Positions 1 through 10,338 of a DNA stretch of 64,000 nt are shown here, piece after piece (position 1 is the stretch's first letter; each line of letters opens with the position of its first letter). The position numbers and the translations under genes are program-made. The stretch lies in assembly GCA_011053095.1 (NCBI GenBank), contig DRHS01000058.1, positions 3,826 to 67,825 on the forward strand. The letters are read 5' to 3'. This stretch comes from Bacteroides sp. Lineage in GTDB: Bacteria > Bacteroidota > Bacteroidia > Bacteroidales > SM23-62. The notes beneath the pieces are model-generated. The model searched no databases. It was given only the letters and a program-made list of their open reading frames with translations, and was not told the origin of the DNA.

Positions 1-144
1 CTTGTTAAGGATGAATGGAGTTCAGAAACCGGTGAACTCTCACCCACTGCAAAGCTAAAGCGCCGTAAAATTTACGAGGCCTACAGTACCATCCTTTCTG
101 AAATTTATTCTGTCGGAAAGGGTGAGGTAGACTTTTCAGAATAG
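1..144 (+). CDS. 3' end of a long-chain acyl-CoA synthetase / AMP-dependent ligase (partial, starts outside the window)
   Basis: Frame 1 is open from base 1 to TAG at 142-144. The translation ...GELSPTAKLKRRKIYEAYSTILSEIY... resembles the conserved C-terminal T-x-KxKR motif of AMP-binding ligases. The ORF track omits it because there is no start in the window. Confidence 0.55.
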   Translation, partial: LVKDEWSSETGELSPTAKLKRRKIYEAYSTILSEIYSVGKGEVDFSE

Positions 145-178
145 GAATATAGATCGCTGCTACATCGCTAACGCGACG

Positions 179-1666
179 TCAGGCATAACCTATATCCCCG
201 TTCCTAGTACGAATTATGAAAAGTCCAAAGAAAGTCAGCAGACCGTTCAGGATAAGGAGTTCGAAGCCAAAATTGTATCCATTGAGCAGGACTTCGGAGT
301 TTGAGCTGATGATGTAGCAGAGGATTGGAGAAGCGATAGCCACCAGGGGTGCCCAGCGGTCTTTAACCTTGTATTTCGTGAAAAGTCCGAAGCTGTAGAA
401 ACCCAGAAGTGGACCGTAAGTATATCCCGCTACGGTGAAAACTGCTGATATCACACTCTGGTTATTAATCGCCCTGAAAAGTAGTATGACGAAGAGCAAC
501 GTCAACGAAATCCCAATATGGACCATCATACGCATTCGCTTGAGTTTTTCTTCAGAAAGCTTTGACCCATTGAGTATATCCACAGTGAAAGATGTGGTCA
601 GGGAAGTCAACGCCGAGTCAGCACTGGAATATGCAGCAGCCACAAGTCCCAGAATGAAAAATACCGTAACGACAGGTGGAAGATGCCCCTGGGTGGCAAT
701 CAAGGGGAAAAGATCATCCGACTGTTCCGGAAGAGAAATGGCAAACTGGCTGGCAAAAATAAAAAGAAGTGCACCGAGTGATAGAAATAACAGATTTACA
801 GGGATCAGGGAAATGCTCATCCAGTACATATTTTTCTTTGCATCCCTCAGGTTCCGGCAGGAAAGATTTTTCTGCATCATATCCTGGTCCAGTCCCGTCA
901 TAACTATTGCAATGAATGCACCGCTGAAAAATTGCTTGATAAAGTGATCCCCGGACCTCCAGTCTTCAAAGAAGAATACTTTTGAATAATCACTTTCGGC
1001 AATGCTCCGTACCATGCCGGAGAAATTCAGGTCCATTGCCCTGCTGATCAGAACCACACTCATTACTAAAGCCAGGAGCATAAACAATGTCTGAAGGGTA
1101 TCCGTCCATATTATGGTTCTGATACCTCCCCGGTAGGTATACAGCCAGATAAGCAAAATAGTAATAACTACTGTGGTCCAGAAAGGGATGTTCCAGTTAC
1201 CGAAAATGCTGATATGCAGTACTCCTGCAACCAGGTATAGCCTGAAAGAAGCACCGATCACACGCGAGATCAGGAAGAAAGTTGCTCCGGTCTTGTATGA
1301 GAAAAACCCGAATCTGCCTTCAAGGTATGTATATATAGAGGTTAGGTTCAGGCGATAGTATAGTGGTAGCAGTATCTGTGCAATGACAAAATAGCCAACC
1401 AGGTAACCCATGACCATCTGCATATAGGAAAACTGGCTTGTACCCACCCATCCAGGTACGGAAATAAAAGTAACGCCTGACAATGAGGCCCCGATCATAC
1501 CAAAAGCCACGATATACCATGGAGAGCGGCGGTTTCCCAGAAAAAATGACTCATTATCAGCTTTTCGCCCTGTAAGCTGGCTTATCACCAGGATAATGGC
1601 AAAATAGATGAGAATAATAATCAGTAACAGTAGAGGGGACATATTTCCGGAATTTGATACCCGCAT
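179..1666 (-). CDS. Sodium:solute symporter family (SSF) transporter
   Basis: 495-aa polytopic membrane protein. The N-terminal FFLGNRRSPWYIVAFGMIGASLSGVTFISVPG region is typical of SSF. An alternative ATG at 1642 (MSPLLLL...) is equally plausible. Confidence 0.8.
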   Translation of the reverse strand: MRVSNSGNMSPLLLLIIILIYFAIILVISQLTGRKADNESFFLGNRRSPWYIVAFGMIGASLSGVTFISVPGWVGTSQFSYMQMVMGYLVGYFVIAQILLPLYYRLNLTSIYTYLEGRFGFFSYKTGATFFLISRVIGASFRLYLVAGVLHISIFGNWNIPFWTTVVITILLIWLYTYRGGIRTIIWTDTLQTLFMLLALVMSVVLISRAMDLNFSGMVRSIAESDYSKVFFFEDWRSGDHFIKQFFSGAFIAIVMTGLDQDMMQKNLSCRNLRDAKKNMYWMSISLIPVNLLFLSLGALLFIFASQFAISLPEQSDDLFPLIATQGHLPPVVTVFFILGLVAAAYSSADSALTSLTTSFTVDILNGSKLSEEKLKRMRMMVHIGISLTLLFVILLFRAINNQSVISAVFTVAGYTYGPLLGFYSFGLFTKYKVKDRWAPLVAIASPILCYIISSNSEVLLNGYNFGFELLILNGLLTFFGLFIIRTRNGDIGYA

Positions 1667-1735
1667 ACAAATAAAGAAAAAAATTGCCTGATGTGGAATT
1701 AGATGTTATTTTTGGAATTCGCTTAATGAACTGAT

Positions 1736-2386
1736 ATGTCTGCATTCCATAACTATCCTTCCAAACTCCTTGAACAGGCAGTCCGGGAGTTTGCCAGCCT
1801 ACCGGGAATTGGCAACAAGACTGCTCTGCGGCTGGTACTGCACTTGCTGAAGCAGGAGCAGGAGGATGTCGAAACTTTTGGTAATGCAATGATTAAACTA
1901 AAGAGGAACATCCATCATTGCAAGACATGTAAAAACATATCGGATACCGAGACATGCCAGATCTGCGCAAATCCCAAGCGGGATTCGAGCCTGGTTTGTG
2001 TTGTGGAAAATATCAGGGATGTGATGTCGGTTGAGAATACCAATCAGTACTTGGGACTATATCATGTTCTGGGCGGTATCATTTCACCTATTGATGGAAT
2101 CGGTCCTGCCGACCTTACAATCGACAGCCTTGAACAACGTATTAAAAATGGTAGCATCGAGGAAGTCATACTTGCCCTCAGCACAACCATGGAGGGTGAT
2201 ACTACAAATTTCTATATCTATAAGAGACTGAAACCCCACGCTGTCCGTGTGAGCACCCTTGCACGAGGAGTAGCTATCGGTGACGAACTGGAATATGCAG
2301 ATGAAATCACCCTTGGCCGTTCAATTGTTGACCGAAAACCTTTTGAATCCAGTTTCGTTGGACGAAAACAGGGCGATCCGGAGTAG
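1736..2386 (+). CDS. recR: Recombination protein RecR
   Basis: [17 protein letters not shown] helix-hairpin-helix, a C4 zinc finger ([16 protein letters not shown]), a Toprim-like core, and ~200-aa size. Confidence 0.9.
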   Translation: MSAFHNYPSKLLEQAVREFASLPGIGNKTALRLVLHLLKQEQEDVETFGNAMIKLKRNIHHCKTCKNISDTETCQICANPKRDSSLVCVVENIRDVMSVENTNQYLGLYHVLGGIISPIDGIGPADLTIDSLEQRIKNGSIEEVILALSTTMEGDTTNFYIYKRLKPHAVRVSTLARGVAIGDELEYADEITLGRSIVDRKPFESSFVGRKQGDPE

Positions 2387-2490
2387 AATGCAGAATCCCA
2401 TCCAGAAAATCCTGGATAGAAAAACCGGATCCTTTCTCCAATTCCCTTTTCAAATGTATATTTGTCATTTATTTTAATAATTCTTCAGTC

Positions 2491-3729
2491 ATGGAACTCT
2501 TAAACAACCAGTATGTAATTGATGGTGTCCCCTTACAGGACCTGATCGAAAAATATGACTCTCCCCTGTATGTTTACGAAACTGCTAAAATGGAGAAGCA
2601 ATACAAACAGCTGGTTAATTCTTTCAAAAGTTCCAGGGTAAAAGTTTATTACGCCTGCAAAGCCCTGTCAAACATTAATGTGATGAGGTTTTTCTGTAAA
2701 CTTGGTGCGGGACTGGATGCCGTTTCGATACAGGAAGTAATGCTTGGACTGGAAGCAGGATACGAACCGGCTGACATTATTTATACCCCAAATTGTGTTT
2801 CACTTGAGGAAATTAATCTTGCAGTAAAAAAAGGTGTCAGGATTAATATCGACAATATTTCAATCCTCGAACAATTCGGGCATGAGCATGGAAATAATGT
2901 TCCGGTCTGGATTCGTATTAATCCACATATCATGGCAGGGGGTCACCAGAAAATTTCCACAGGACATATTGACTCTAAATTCGGCATTTCCATTTATCAG
3001 ATGCCTCACGTACAAAGAGTAATTGAAACCAACAATATGTTAGTGGAGGGCTTACATATGCATACAGGATCGGATATCCTGGATGTGGAAGTTTTCATGC
3101 AGGGGATTGAGATATTACTGGATACAGCTAAAGGATTCCCCGACCTGGAATGTATTGATATCGGTTCCGGATTCAAGGTTGCCTACAGAGAAGGCGATAA
3201 TTATACGGATATAGAAGCTTTCGGGCATAGCCTTTCTGAACGATTCAAAGATTTTTGCACTGATTATGGGAAGGATCTCATCCTCGCCTTTGAACCCGGC
3301 AAGTTCCTGGTATCTGAAGCAGGGTATTTCCTTGCAAAGGTTAATGTTGTCAAGCAGACAACATCGACTATGTTTGCGGGACTCGACACCGGAATGAATC
3401 ATTTTATCCGTCCCATGTTCTATGATGCATATCACCAGATCCTAAATGTTTCAAATCCCTCAGGAAAACTGAGGATCTATACAGTTGTCGGATACATATG
3501 CGAAACGGATACTTTTGGTTGGAACCGTAAAATCAGTGAAATCTCCGAAGGTGATGTCCTTGTATTCAAGAATACAGGTGCATACTGTTTCTCCATGTCC
3601 TCAAACTATAACTCACGATACCGTCCCGCTGAGGTTCTGATCCACAATAAAAAAGATTATCTCATCCGTAAGCGGGAGAATATTGAGGACCTTACCCGAA
3701 ACCAGGTGATACTTGACAATGTTTTGTGA
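2491..3729 (+). CDS. lysA: Diaminopimelate decarboxylase
   Basis: Group IV PLP decarboxylase pattern (YACKALSN with PLP-Lys, HMHTGS, GSGF, EPGKFLV, CETDTF). 412 aa. Confidence 0.9.
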   Translation: MELLNNQYVIDGVPLQDLIEKYDSPLYVYETAKMEKQYKQLVNSFKSSRVKVYYACKALSNINVMRFFCKLGAGLDAVSIQEVMLGLEAGYEPADIIYTPNCVSLEEINLAVKKGVRINIDNISILEQFGHEHGNNVPVWIRINPHIMAGGHQKISTGHIDSKFGISIYQMPHVQRVIETNNMLVEGLHMHTGSDILDVEVFMQGIEILLDTAKGFPDLECIDIGSGFKVAYREGDNYTDIEAFGHSLSERFKDFCTDYGKDLILAFEPGKFLVSEAGYFLAKVNVVKQTTSTMFAGLDTGMNHFIRPMFYDAYHQILNVSNPSGKLRIYTVVGYICETDTFGWNRKISEISEGDVLVFKNTGAYCFSMSSNYNSRYRPAEVLIHNKKDYLIRKRENIEDLTRNQVILDNVL

Positions 3730-3787
3730 GTTTTCAAACTACAAAATCAGATCGTGATAATAATTTTCTAAATTCGTATTCGTTCTA

Positions 3788-5764
3788 TTGTCACCAGTAA
3801 CTCCGTCTATGGACCTGTCCATTGTCATTGTTAATTACAACGTCAAGTACTTTCTGGAGCAGTGCCTGCACTCCGTCGAAAGAGCAAGCCGCAACATGGA
3901 AACTGAGGTTTTTGTGGTGGATAATAATTCTGTTGACGGATCCTGTGCAATGGTACAGGAAAAATTCTCCTGTGTTAAACTAATCCGAAACGATGAGAAT
4001 CTTGGATTTTCGGTGGCCAATAACCAGGCCATCAGGGAATCGTCGGGGAAATATGTCCTCCTGTTAAATCCTGATACAGTAATCGAGGAGGATACCCTTG
4101 ATAAATGCATGAGCTATATGGATGAACATCCTGATGCCGGGGGACTCGGAGTAAAAATGATCGACGGCAACGGGGAGTTCCTTCCTGAATCCAAACGAGC
4201 TCTGCCTTCTCCGGGGGTAGCATTCTATAAAATATTCGGCCTTTCAAGGCTCTTTCCTAAATCCAGGATTTTCGGCCGTTACCACCTTGGCTACCTTGAC
4301 AGGGATAAGGTTCACTCAATTGATATCCTTCCAGGGGCATTTATGATGCTGAGAAAGTCAGCACTCGATGAAGTCGGACTCCTTGATGAGACCTTCTTCA
4401 TGTATGGAGAGGATATTGACCTTTCATACAGACTAATAAAAGCAGGTTATAAAAACATATATTTCCCGGAAACAACAATAATCCACTACAAAGGGGAAAG
4501 CACTAAAAAAGGCAGTCTGAATTATGTCATGACCTTTTACGATGCCATGAGGATATTTGCCCGAAAACATTTCTCAAGGAATATGGCCAGAACCTACTCC
4601 CTAATCATTAATATGGCTATATATTTCAGAGCATTTCTCGCCCTAAGCCGGCGTTTTGTCAGAAACTTTACTCCTCCCCTAACTCAGGCGGCTCTGATCT
4701 ACCTTGGATTTTATATGATAAAACCAATCTGGGAGCAGTACAAATTTCAGGGAACATCCTCATATCCAATTGAATACATGACGATCGTGGTACCAATCTA
4801 CATACTTCTATGGCTTCTATCACTATTCTTTTCCGGCGCATATGATACCCCGGTAAAACCCTTTAATATTTTTAAGGGGATATTTATTGGTACCGGAGCA
4901 ATTCTGGTTATTTATGCATTGCTTCCCGAAAGTCTTCGCTTTTCGAGGATGCTGCTTCTTATTGGGACTCTTTGGGCCACATTATCTGCCTACCTTCTGA
5001 GTATACTCTTCCATATTACACGGCTCACAGGTTTCCGGTTCGAAGAAAAAAGGAATAAAAAGTTGATCATTGTAGGAAAACATGCCGAGGCCAGCCGCGT
5101 GCAGGGACTTCTCAGTAAGGCTGAATCCAATCTCAATGTCGTGGGTTATGTAAACCCTGAGCCCCGTGATGATGAGGACTATACAGGTCATATTAACCAG
5201 TTGGGTGAAATCATCAAGATCAATAAAATTGATGAGCTGATCTTTTGTGCCAGCGATATTTCTTCCCAGGATATTATTGGTCAGATGATGACCCTGGCCA
5301 ATGAGAGGGTCCAATATAAGATTGCCCCGCCCGAAAGCCTTTCAATTATAGGCAGCCATTCCATCAATACTCCGGGAGATGTTTATCTTATTGATTTTGA
5401 ATCAATTACAAAACCATCTAACAAAAGAGTAAAGCGTCTGTTTGATTTTCTTTCTTCACTGTTGCTGATAGTTTTCTACCCGGTTCTGCTGTTCGCCGTG
5501 AAAAACCCCGGACAAGCTTTCCTTAATATACTTAATGTTCTATCCGGTAAGTACTCCTGGGTTGGTTTTCATCCCTCGCCTGATAAGCCAAGACTTCCGA
5601 GTATCCGGCCGGGAATACTTTTCCCATCAGATGCACTTGGAGGAGAGGATATCCCTCAGGATATCAAAGACAGCCTGAACCTGATGTATGTAAAAAATTA
5701 CTCAGTCTTTACCGATGCCGGAATCCTGATGAGAAGTTTACCCAAGATTGGAAGAAAGCAGTAA
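3788..5764 (+). CDS. Family 2 glycosyltransferase fused to a membrane region and a degenerate sugar-transferase-like C-terminus
   Basis: N-terminal SIVIVNYN...VVDNNSVDGS...NLGFSVANN...LNPD...YGEDIDL GT2 motifs. Several TM helices follow, then a KRLFDF...NVLSGKYSWVG tail. The track start is TTG at 3788; the first ATG is at 3809. Confidence 0.75.
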   Translation: MSPVTPSMDLSIVIVNYNVKYFLEQCLHSVERASRNMETEVFVVDNNSVDGSCAMVQEKFSCVKLIRNDENLGFSVANNQAIRESSGKYVLLLNPDTVIEEDTLDKCMSYMDEHPDAGGLGVKMIDGNGEFLPESKRALPSPGVAFYKIFGLSRLFPKSRIFGRYHLGYLDRDKVHSIDILPGAFMMLRKSALDEVGLLDETFFMYGEDIDLSYRLIKAGYKNIYFPETTIIHYKGESTKKGSLNYVMTFYDAMRIFARKHFSRNMARTYSLIINMAIYFRAFLALSRRFVRNFTPPLTQAALIYLGFYMIKPIWEQYKFQGTSSYPIEYMTIVVPIYILLWLLSLFFSGAYDTPVKPFNIFKGIFIGTGAILVIYALLPESLRFSRMLLLIGTLWATLSAYLLSILFHITRLTGFRFEEKRNKKLIIVGKHAEASRVQGLLSKAESNLNVVGYVNPEPRDDEDYTGHINQLGEIIKINKIDELIFCASDISSQDIIGQMMTLANERVQYKIAPPESLSIIGSHSINTPGDVYLIDFESITKPSNKRVKRLFDFLSSLLLIVFYPVLLFAVKNPGQAFLNILNVLSGKYSWVGFHPSPDKPRLPSIRPGILFPSDALGGEDIPQDIKDSLNLMYVKNYSVFTDAGILMRSLPKIGRKQ

Positions 5765-5838
5765 TTTTTTGATCTCTACCTGAAAAATTCTTTATTTTTA
5801 AACAATCTTAATAGTTAAGACCGGACAAACACAAATGC

Positions 5839-7143
5839 ATGATTGAAATAATCCTGCCCGCCATGGGCGAAGGTATAATAGAGGCTGAGGTCACCCGCTG
5901 GCTTGTTCGGGAAGGTGAACATATTGAACAAGACCAGCCGGTTGTGGAAGTTGCCACTGATAAGGTTGACAGCGAATTGCCCTCACCCGGTAGTGGTACA
6001 ATCCTTAAAATAATGATTAAGGAAGGGGATACCGCCAAAGTTGGACAGGTAATGGCCCTGATTTCAACTTCAGAAGAAAAGGACATAGAAGATGAACCGG
6101 CTGAAAAGAGGCCGGCTGCAACCAGTGATCTGCCGGTGGAGGCCATTCCGGCACCTCAAGTCATGTTATTTAAGGACATTGCCTTTCTTTCTCCGGCTAT
6201 CCGAAAGATTGCAACAGATAATGATCTCAGTCCCTCTGAACTGATGGGAATTAAAGGCAGCGGTGCCGGTGGTCGGATAACCAGAGAGGACGTTCAGACC
6301 TACCTTTCCGAAAAAATCCCTGCAAAGCATGAAGCCGCCACAGCGGGAGATATTACAGGAAAAGAAGATATTGGCCCGGAAATAAAAGATCCGCAAAAGC
6401 AGGTAATCAGCAGTGAACAGATCTATGGAGGCGGACCTTCAACTGTTGAGGAGATGGACAGGATGAGAAAGTTGATTGCCGACCATATGGTTTATTCTCA
6501 ACAGGTAGCACCCCATGTGAACTCTTTCGTGGAATCGGATGTTACCGAGTTAGTCCAATGGAGAAGCAGGGTAAAAGATAACTTCCGGGAGAAATACAAT
6601 CAGAAACTAACAATTACAACACTGATTCTTGAGGCTGTAATAAAGGCCCTGAAAGAACAACCCCGGATAAATGTTTCGGTTGACGGCTACAAGATAATCC
6701 GCAAACACCATATTAACCTTGGTATGGCAGCGGCGCTGCCTGACGGCAACCTTATCGTACCGGTAATCCATAACGCTGATAGTCTGAATCTTGCGGGACT
6801 TGCAGGCAAGGTTAATGATCTGGCTGAAAGAGCAAGGATGAATAGGCTCCTACCCGCTGAAATACAGGGTGGTACGTTTACCGTGACCAATATGGGACAA
6901 TTTGGGAATATTGCAGGGACTCCCATCATCAACCAACCTCAGGTTGCCATACTGGCTATTGGGGCAATTTTGAAAAAACCTGCTGTAGTTGAGACTCCTG
7001 AAGGTGACACCATCGGGATCCGTCAGTTACTTGTGCTTTCACTTGCATATGATCACCGTGTTGTGGATGGCGCTTTGGGCGGATTGTTCCTTAAAAGCAT
7101 CGGGGACCATCTGCAGAGATTTAACCCTGACAGGAATATTTGA
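5839..7143 (+). CDS. 2-oxo acid dehydrogenase E2 component (dihydrolipoamide acyltransferase)
   Basis: Lipoyl domain with VATDKV lipoyl-lysine motif, an E3/E1-binding segment (SPAIRKIA), and a catalytic domain ending in the DHRVVDG active-site motif. Confidence 0.85.
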   Translation: MIEIILPAMGEGIIEAEVTRWLVREGEHIEQDQPVVEVATDKVDSELPSPGSGTILKIMIKEGDTAKVGQVMALISTSEEKDIEDEPAEKRPAATSDLPVEAIPAPQVMLFKDIAFLSPAIRKIATDNDLSPSELMGIKGSGAGGRITREDVQTYLSEKIPAKHEAATAGDITGKEDIGPEIKDPQKQVISSEQIYGGGPSTVEEMDRMRKLIADHMVYSQQVAPHVNSFVESDVTELVQWRSRVKDNFREKYNQKLTITTLILEAVIKALKEQPRINVSVDGYKIIRKHHINLGMAAALPDGNLIVPVIHNADSLNLAGLAGKVNDLAERARMNRLLPAEIQGGTFTVTNMGQFGNIAGTPIINQPQVAILAIGAILKKPAVVETPEGDTIGIRQLLVLSLAYDHRVVDGALGGLFLKSIGDHLQRFNPDRNI

Positions 7144-7263
7144 TAAGGCCATTGGATACATTGATGCAGCGCATGGGGTAATTCTGTCAAAAAACTATGT
7201 TACAGAGGTCTATTGACAGCGAACAGGTTTAATTCTTTCGTGATAATTGTTAAATTTGTCTAA

Positions 7264-10200
7264 ATGAGACGCCAAACTCTACTACTTCTGATTTCCCTTC
7301 TGGCCGGAAATGCCATTTCACAGATCTCCGGGGAATTCAGGGAGATGTTCCTGGAGGCAGAATCTTATTTTCTTTTTGAGGAATACATCGAAGCCCTGCC
7401 CTATTATGAGCCCATCAATAAACAATACCCCGAGAACGATAATATCAACTATAAAATTGGAGTGTGTTATTTGCATCACCCCTACAGGAAAAGTGAATCA
7501 ATTCAATACCTTGAAAAGGCCTGTGAGAATATTAACCTGAAGTACAAGGAAAATAGCTTCAAGGAAAACAGCGCACCACTTGAAGCCTATTTTTATCTTG
7601 GTAATGCCTATCGGATCAACGGGCAGCTTGACAGAGCCATTGAGACTTATGATCTTTTTAAAGCACAGGCTGATCCTGAACTGTATGACCTTGATCTTGT
7701 GAATGAGCAGATACAAGCATGTGAAAACGCCAAGGAATTGCAGACCAGACCTGTAGATTTTGACATTGTGAACCTGGGTGAAAGAATTAACACTAGACAT
7801 TCGGATGTCCACCCTGTTATCTCCGGAGACGAAACCAAAATTGTCTATATACAGAAACAGGCATTTTTTGATGCCCTTGCCTTCTGCGAGAAGATGGAGG
7901 GGGGATGGTCATTCCCAAGGATCCTGATGCAGGAAATGGCCGTGGATGAGGATACCTATCCTACCGCTCTGAACTATGAAGGTGATGAACTAATCATTTA
8001 CCGCAGTGATAATTTCATAGGAGACCTCTATTCCAGTAAACTCGTGGATGGATTCTGGACTCCTCCCGTCAGGTTGAACGATAACATAAACACAAAGTAC
8101 TGGGAATCCCATGCCTGTTTTACCCGATCAGGTGACACCTTGTATTTTACCAGTAATCGGAAGGGGACTATTGGGGGACTTGACATTTATTATTCCATTC
8201 GCGAAGAAGATGGTGAATGGGGGGTACCGGTTAATCTGGGTCCCACAATAAATACCCGCTATAATGAGGAAACACCTTTCTTAACGGAAGACGGTAAAAC
8301 GCTTTACTTCAGTTCCTACGGCCATTATAATATGGGCGGCTATGATGTTTTCTATTCAACTAAATTTGAAAATGGGGAATGGTCAATACCTATAAATGCA
8401 GGATATCCAATTAACACTACAGACGATGACGTATTTTTTAATCCCGTAAGAAATGGGAAATTTGCGTATTTCCCTCGTTTGCTGGATGGGGGATTCGGAC
8501 TTACCGACATCTACCTGTATGAAATCTATTCAGAAACCCATCCGCGAAAATTCCAGGTGAATGGAATAGTTGGAATTACAAGCCTTGCTAAGCTATCAAA
8601 CCCGGTTTGGATTGCTGTGATAAACCAGCATACAAGGGACACCATTATAATGGTATATGCAGACCCGGAAACCGGTGAGTTTACCTTTGAAGCGCCGGCA
8701 GGTAATTATGAAATTCTCGTAGAGGGCGAAGATATTGAAACTACCTCCTCAGCATTTACTATCCCGGATGACTACAGGGAGAAGGATCTTGCATTGAAAC
8801 AGGCCATACTCCTCACCCAGGCCGCTCACCTTCTGGACATAACCATTCAGGATGATATAAAGATTAAAGACACACTGCTACTTGTAGATACCGATGATAC
8901 AATTAAGATTGACCTGACCCTCGAAAGGAAAGCAGATCTTTACCTTGATATAATCCAGGAAGGACAGCTGGTCAGCCAGGATTCCTTCCCCATCGAACGC
9001 CGGCATTTCACATATCTGTATGCACCGGTTCCCGGAGACAACCTTCTGCAATTCAAATTGATCGACAGAAGGCGAAATCATAGTTACAAAAATGTTCATG
9101 TTATTTATACTCCAAGAGATGGTGTAACAGATACCGCTGACATACAAGAACTTGAGCAACAAGTCCAGATGGAAGAAGGTTTGGAGGACTATCTTGCCAG
9201 ACTTACAGAAAATGCAAGTGGTGACCTTAAGAATCTCCTTATTGGAGTCGACCTGGCCGCACTTGGTATTCTGACTGCGGACCAGCTGGATAAGTATCTC
9301 CTAGAACAGGCAGCAAATGAGGATTATTCGGTGGATGAAATTAACAGGCTTCTGATAATCACTCCTGCCAATGAATTGGAAGCTACAGAGATTTTGCGGG
9401 AGAATCTTACAGAATTTTCAACTGATGGACTGCAGGAAGTTCTGATCGGACTCGATCTTGAAAAAGAAGGCATTACCAGTGAAGAAGAATTGATATTCTG
9501 GTTAAGAGACCATGTGGATGAGTACAATTACACTCGTCAGGATGTTCACGATATGGTTATCACAACCATGCAGGCTGAGTACCTGTCCGGATATACAAAG
9601 GAATTACTTAAATTAACTGATAACGAAGATCTTATCAGGGCTCTTGAGGAGGTAGATTACTCGGAAGTCGGAACTCTGCAGGAGCTTTATGAACACCTGA
9701 TCTCCGAGGCTGACAAATACGGGTATTCATCAGATGATGTCAATAGAATGTTCGCACTCCTTTCACAGAAAGAAGAACTTTATAAACTTCATTCAAACCT
9801 TACGGAGATTGCCAGTGGTGATTTGCTAAAAGTCCTCAGTGAGCTCGATACTGAAGAGCAGGGCATTGATTCTCCTGTTGAATTGATTTCCTACCTGATT
9901 AACGAGGCAGAGAACAATGATTATACAGAGGAAGATGCACTGATCCTGATGCTGAATTACCTTGAAAAGGAGGATCTCACTGAGATAATTAAGTTGCTTA
10001 TTGGAACATCATCCGGCGAATTGTTAAATCTCCTGCTTAATCTCGATACCGAACAAAACAATATCCGCTACCTTGATGATCTGTACAAATACCTGATCGA
10101 ACAGGCCAGTTTTAACGATTTTACCGAAGAGGATGTTATCAGGTTATTTCTGAATCTCCTTAAGATAGTAGAACAGGAGCCCATTGTTCAAGAAATAATT

Positions 10201-10338
10201 ACTCCCACTCAGATCGAAGAAAAGGAAAAGGGCGGTAAAGGCTGGATCTTCCTTTTATTCGGTGGACTGGCACTGATATTACTTATATTCCTGTTTGTAC
10301 GTCGAAAGGAATCCGACAAAGAGGATGAAACCGTATAA
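7264..10338 (+). CDS. Envelope protein P1: signal peptide + TPR + PD40/TolB-like beta-propeller repeats + CarboxypepD_reg-like segment + five acidic ~65-aa repeats + C-terminal TM anchor
   Basis: Signal peptide MRRQTLLLLISLLAGNAISQ. TPR-like YFYLGNAYRINGQLDRAIETY. PD40-type repeats (WESHACF..GDTLYFTSNRKG.IGGLDIYYS; ETPFLTEDGKTLYFSSYGH.NMGGYDVFYS). Hydrophobic helix GWIFLLFGGLALILLIFLFV followed by RRKESDKEDETV. The N-terminal ~420 aa are colinear with the next two genes. Confidence 0.7.
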   Translation: MRRQTLLLLISLLAGNAISQISGEFREMFLEAESYFLFEEYIEALPYYEPINKQYPENDNINYKIGVCYLHHPYRKSESIQYLEKACENINLKYKENSFKENSAPLEAYFYLGNAYRINGQLDRAIETYDLFKAQADPELYDLDLVNEQIQACENAKELQTRPVDFDIVNLGERINTRHSDVHPVISGDETKIVYIQKQAFFDALAFCEKMEGGWSFPRILMQEMAVDEDTYPTALNYEGDELIIYRSDNFIGDLYSSKLVDGFWTPPVRLNDNINTKYWESHACFTRSGDTLYFTSNRKGTIGGLDIYYSIREEDGEWGVPVNLGPTINTRYNEETPFLTEDGKTLYFSSYGHYNMGGYDVFYSTKFENGEWSIPINAGYPINTTDDDVFFNPVRNGKFAYFPRLLDGGFGLTDIYLYEIYSETHPRKFQVNGIVGITSLAKLSNPVWIAVINQHTRDTIIMVYADPETGEFTFEAPAGNYEILVEGEDIETTSSAFTIPDDYREKDLALKQAILLTQAAHLLDITIQDDIKIKDTLLLVDTDDTIKIDLTLERKADLYLDIIQEGQLVSQDSFPIERRHFTYLYAPVPGDNLLQFKLIDRRRNHSYKNVHVIYTPRDGVTDTADIQELEQQVQMEEGLEDYLARLTENASGDLKNLLIGVDLAALGILTADQLDKYLLEQAANEDYSVDEINRLLIITPANELEATEILRENLTEFSTDGLQEVLIGLDLEKEGITSEEELIFWLRDHVDEYNYTRQDVHDMVITTMQAEYLSGYTKELLKLTDNEDLIRALEEVDYSEVGTLQELYEHLISEADKYGYSSDDVNRMFALLSQKEELYKLHSNLTEIASGDLLKVLSELDTEEQGIDSPVELISYLINEAENNDYTEEDALILMLNYLEKEDLTEIIKLLIGTSSGELLNLLLNLDTEQNNIRYLDDLYKYLIEQASFNDFTEEDVIRLFLNLLKIVEQEPIVQEIITPTQIEEKEKGGKGWIFLLFGGLALILLIFLFVRRKESDKEDETV
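9184..10161 (+). repeat. Five tandem degenerate ~60-65-aa acidic repeats encoded inside P1
   Basis: The unit recurs at aa ~641, 706, 776, 840 and 905. Pattern: L-T-E-x-(A/S)-(S/T)-G-(D/E)-L-x-x-(L/V)-L...LD...(G/Q)I...(L/E)..YL(I/L)(E/N)(Q/E)A...(Y/F)(S/T).(E/D)(D/E)(V/A)..(L/M). Examples: LTENASGDLKNLLIGVDL.., LTEIASGDLLKVLSELDT.., IGTSSGELLNLLLNLDT... Confidence 0.65.

Noticed and set aside
2387-2490. Possible lysine riboswitch upstream of lysA
   Set aside because: The spacer is only ~100 nt, shorter than a lysine riboswitch as I remember it. I see none of the conserved helices or motifs I associate with that element.
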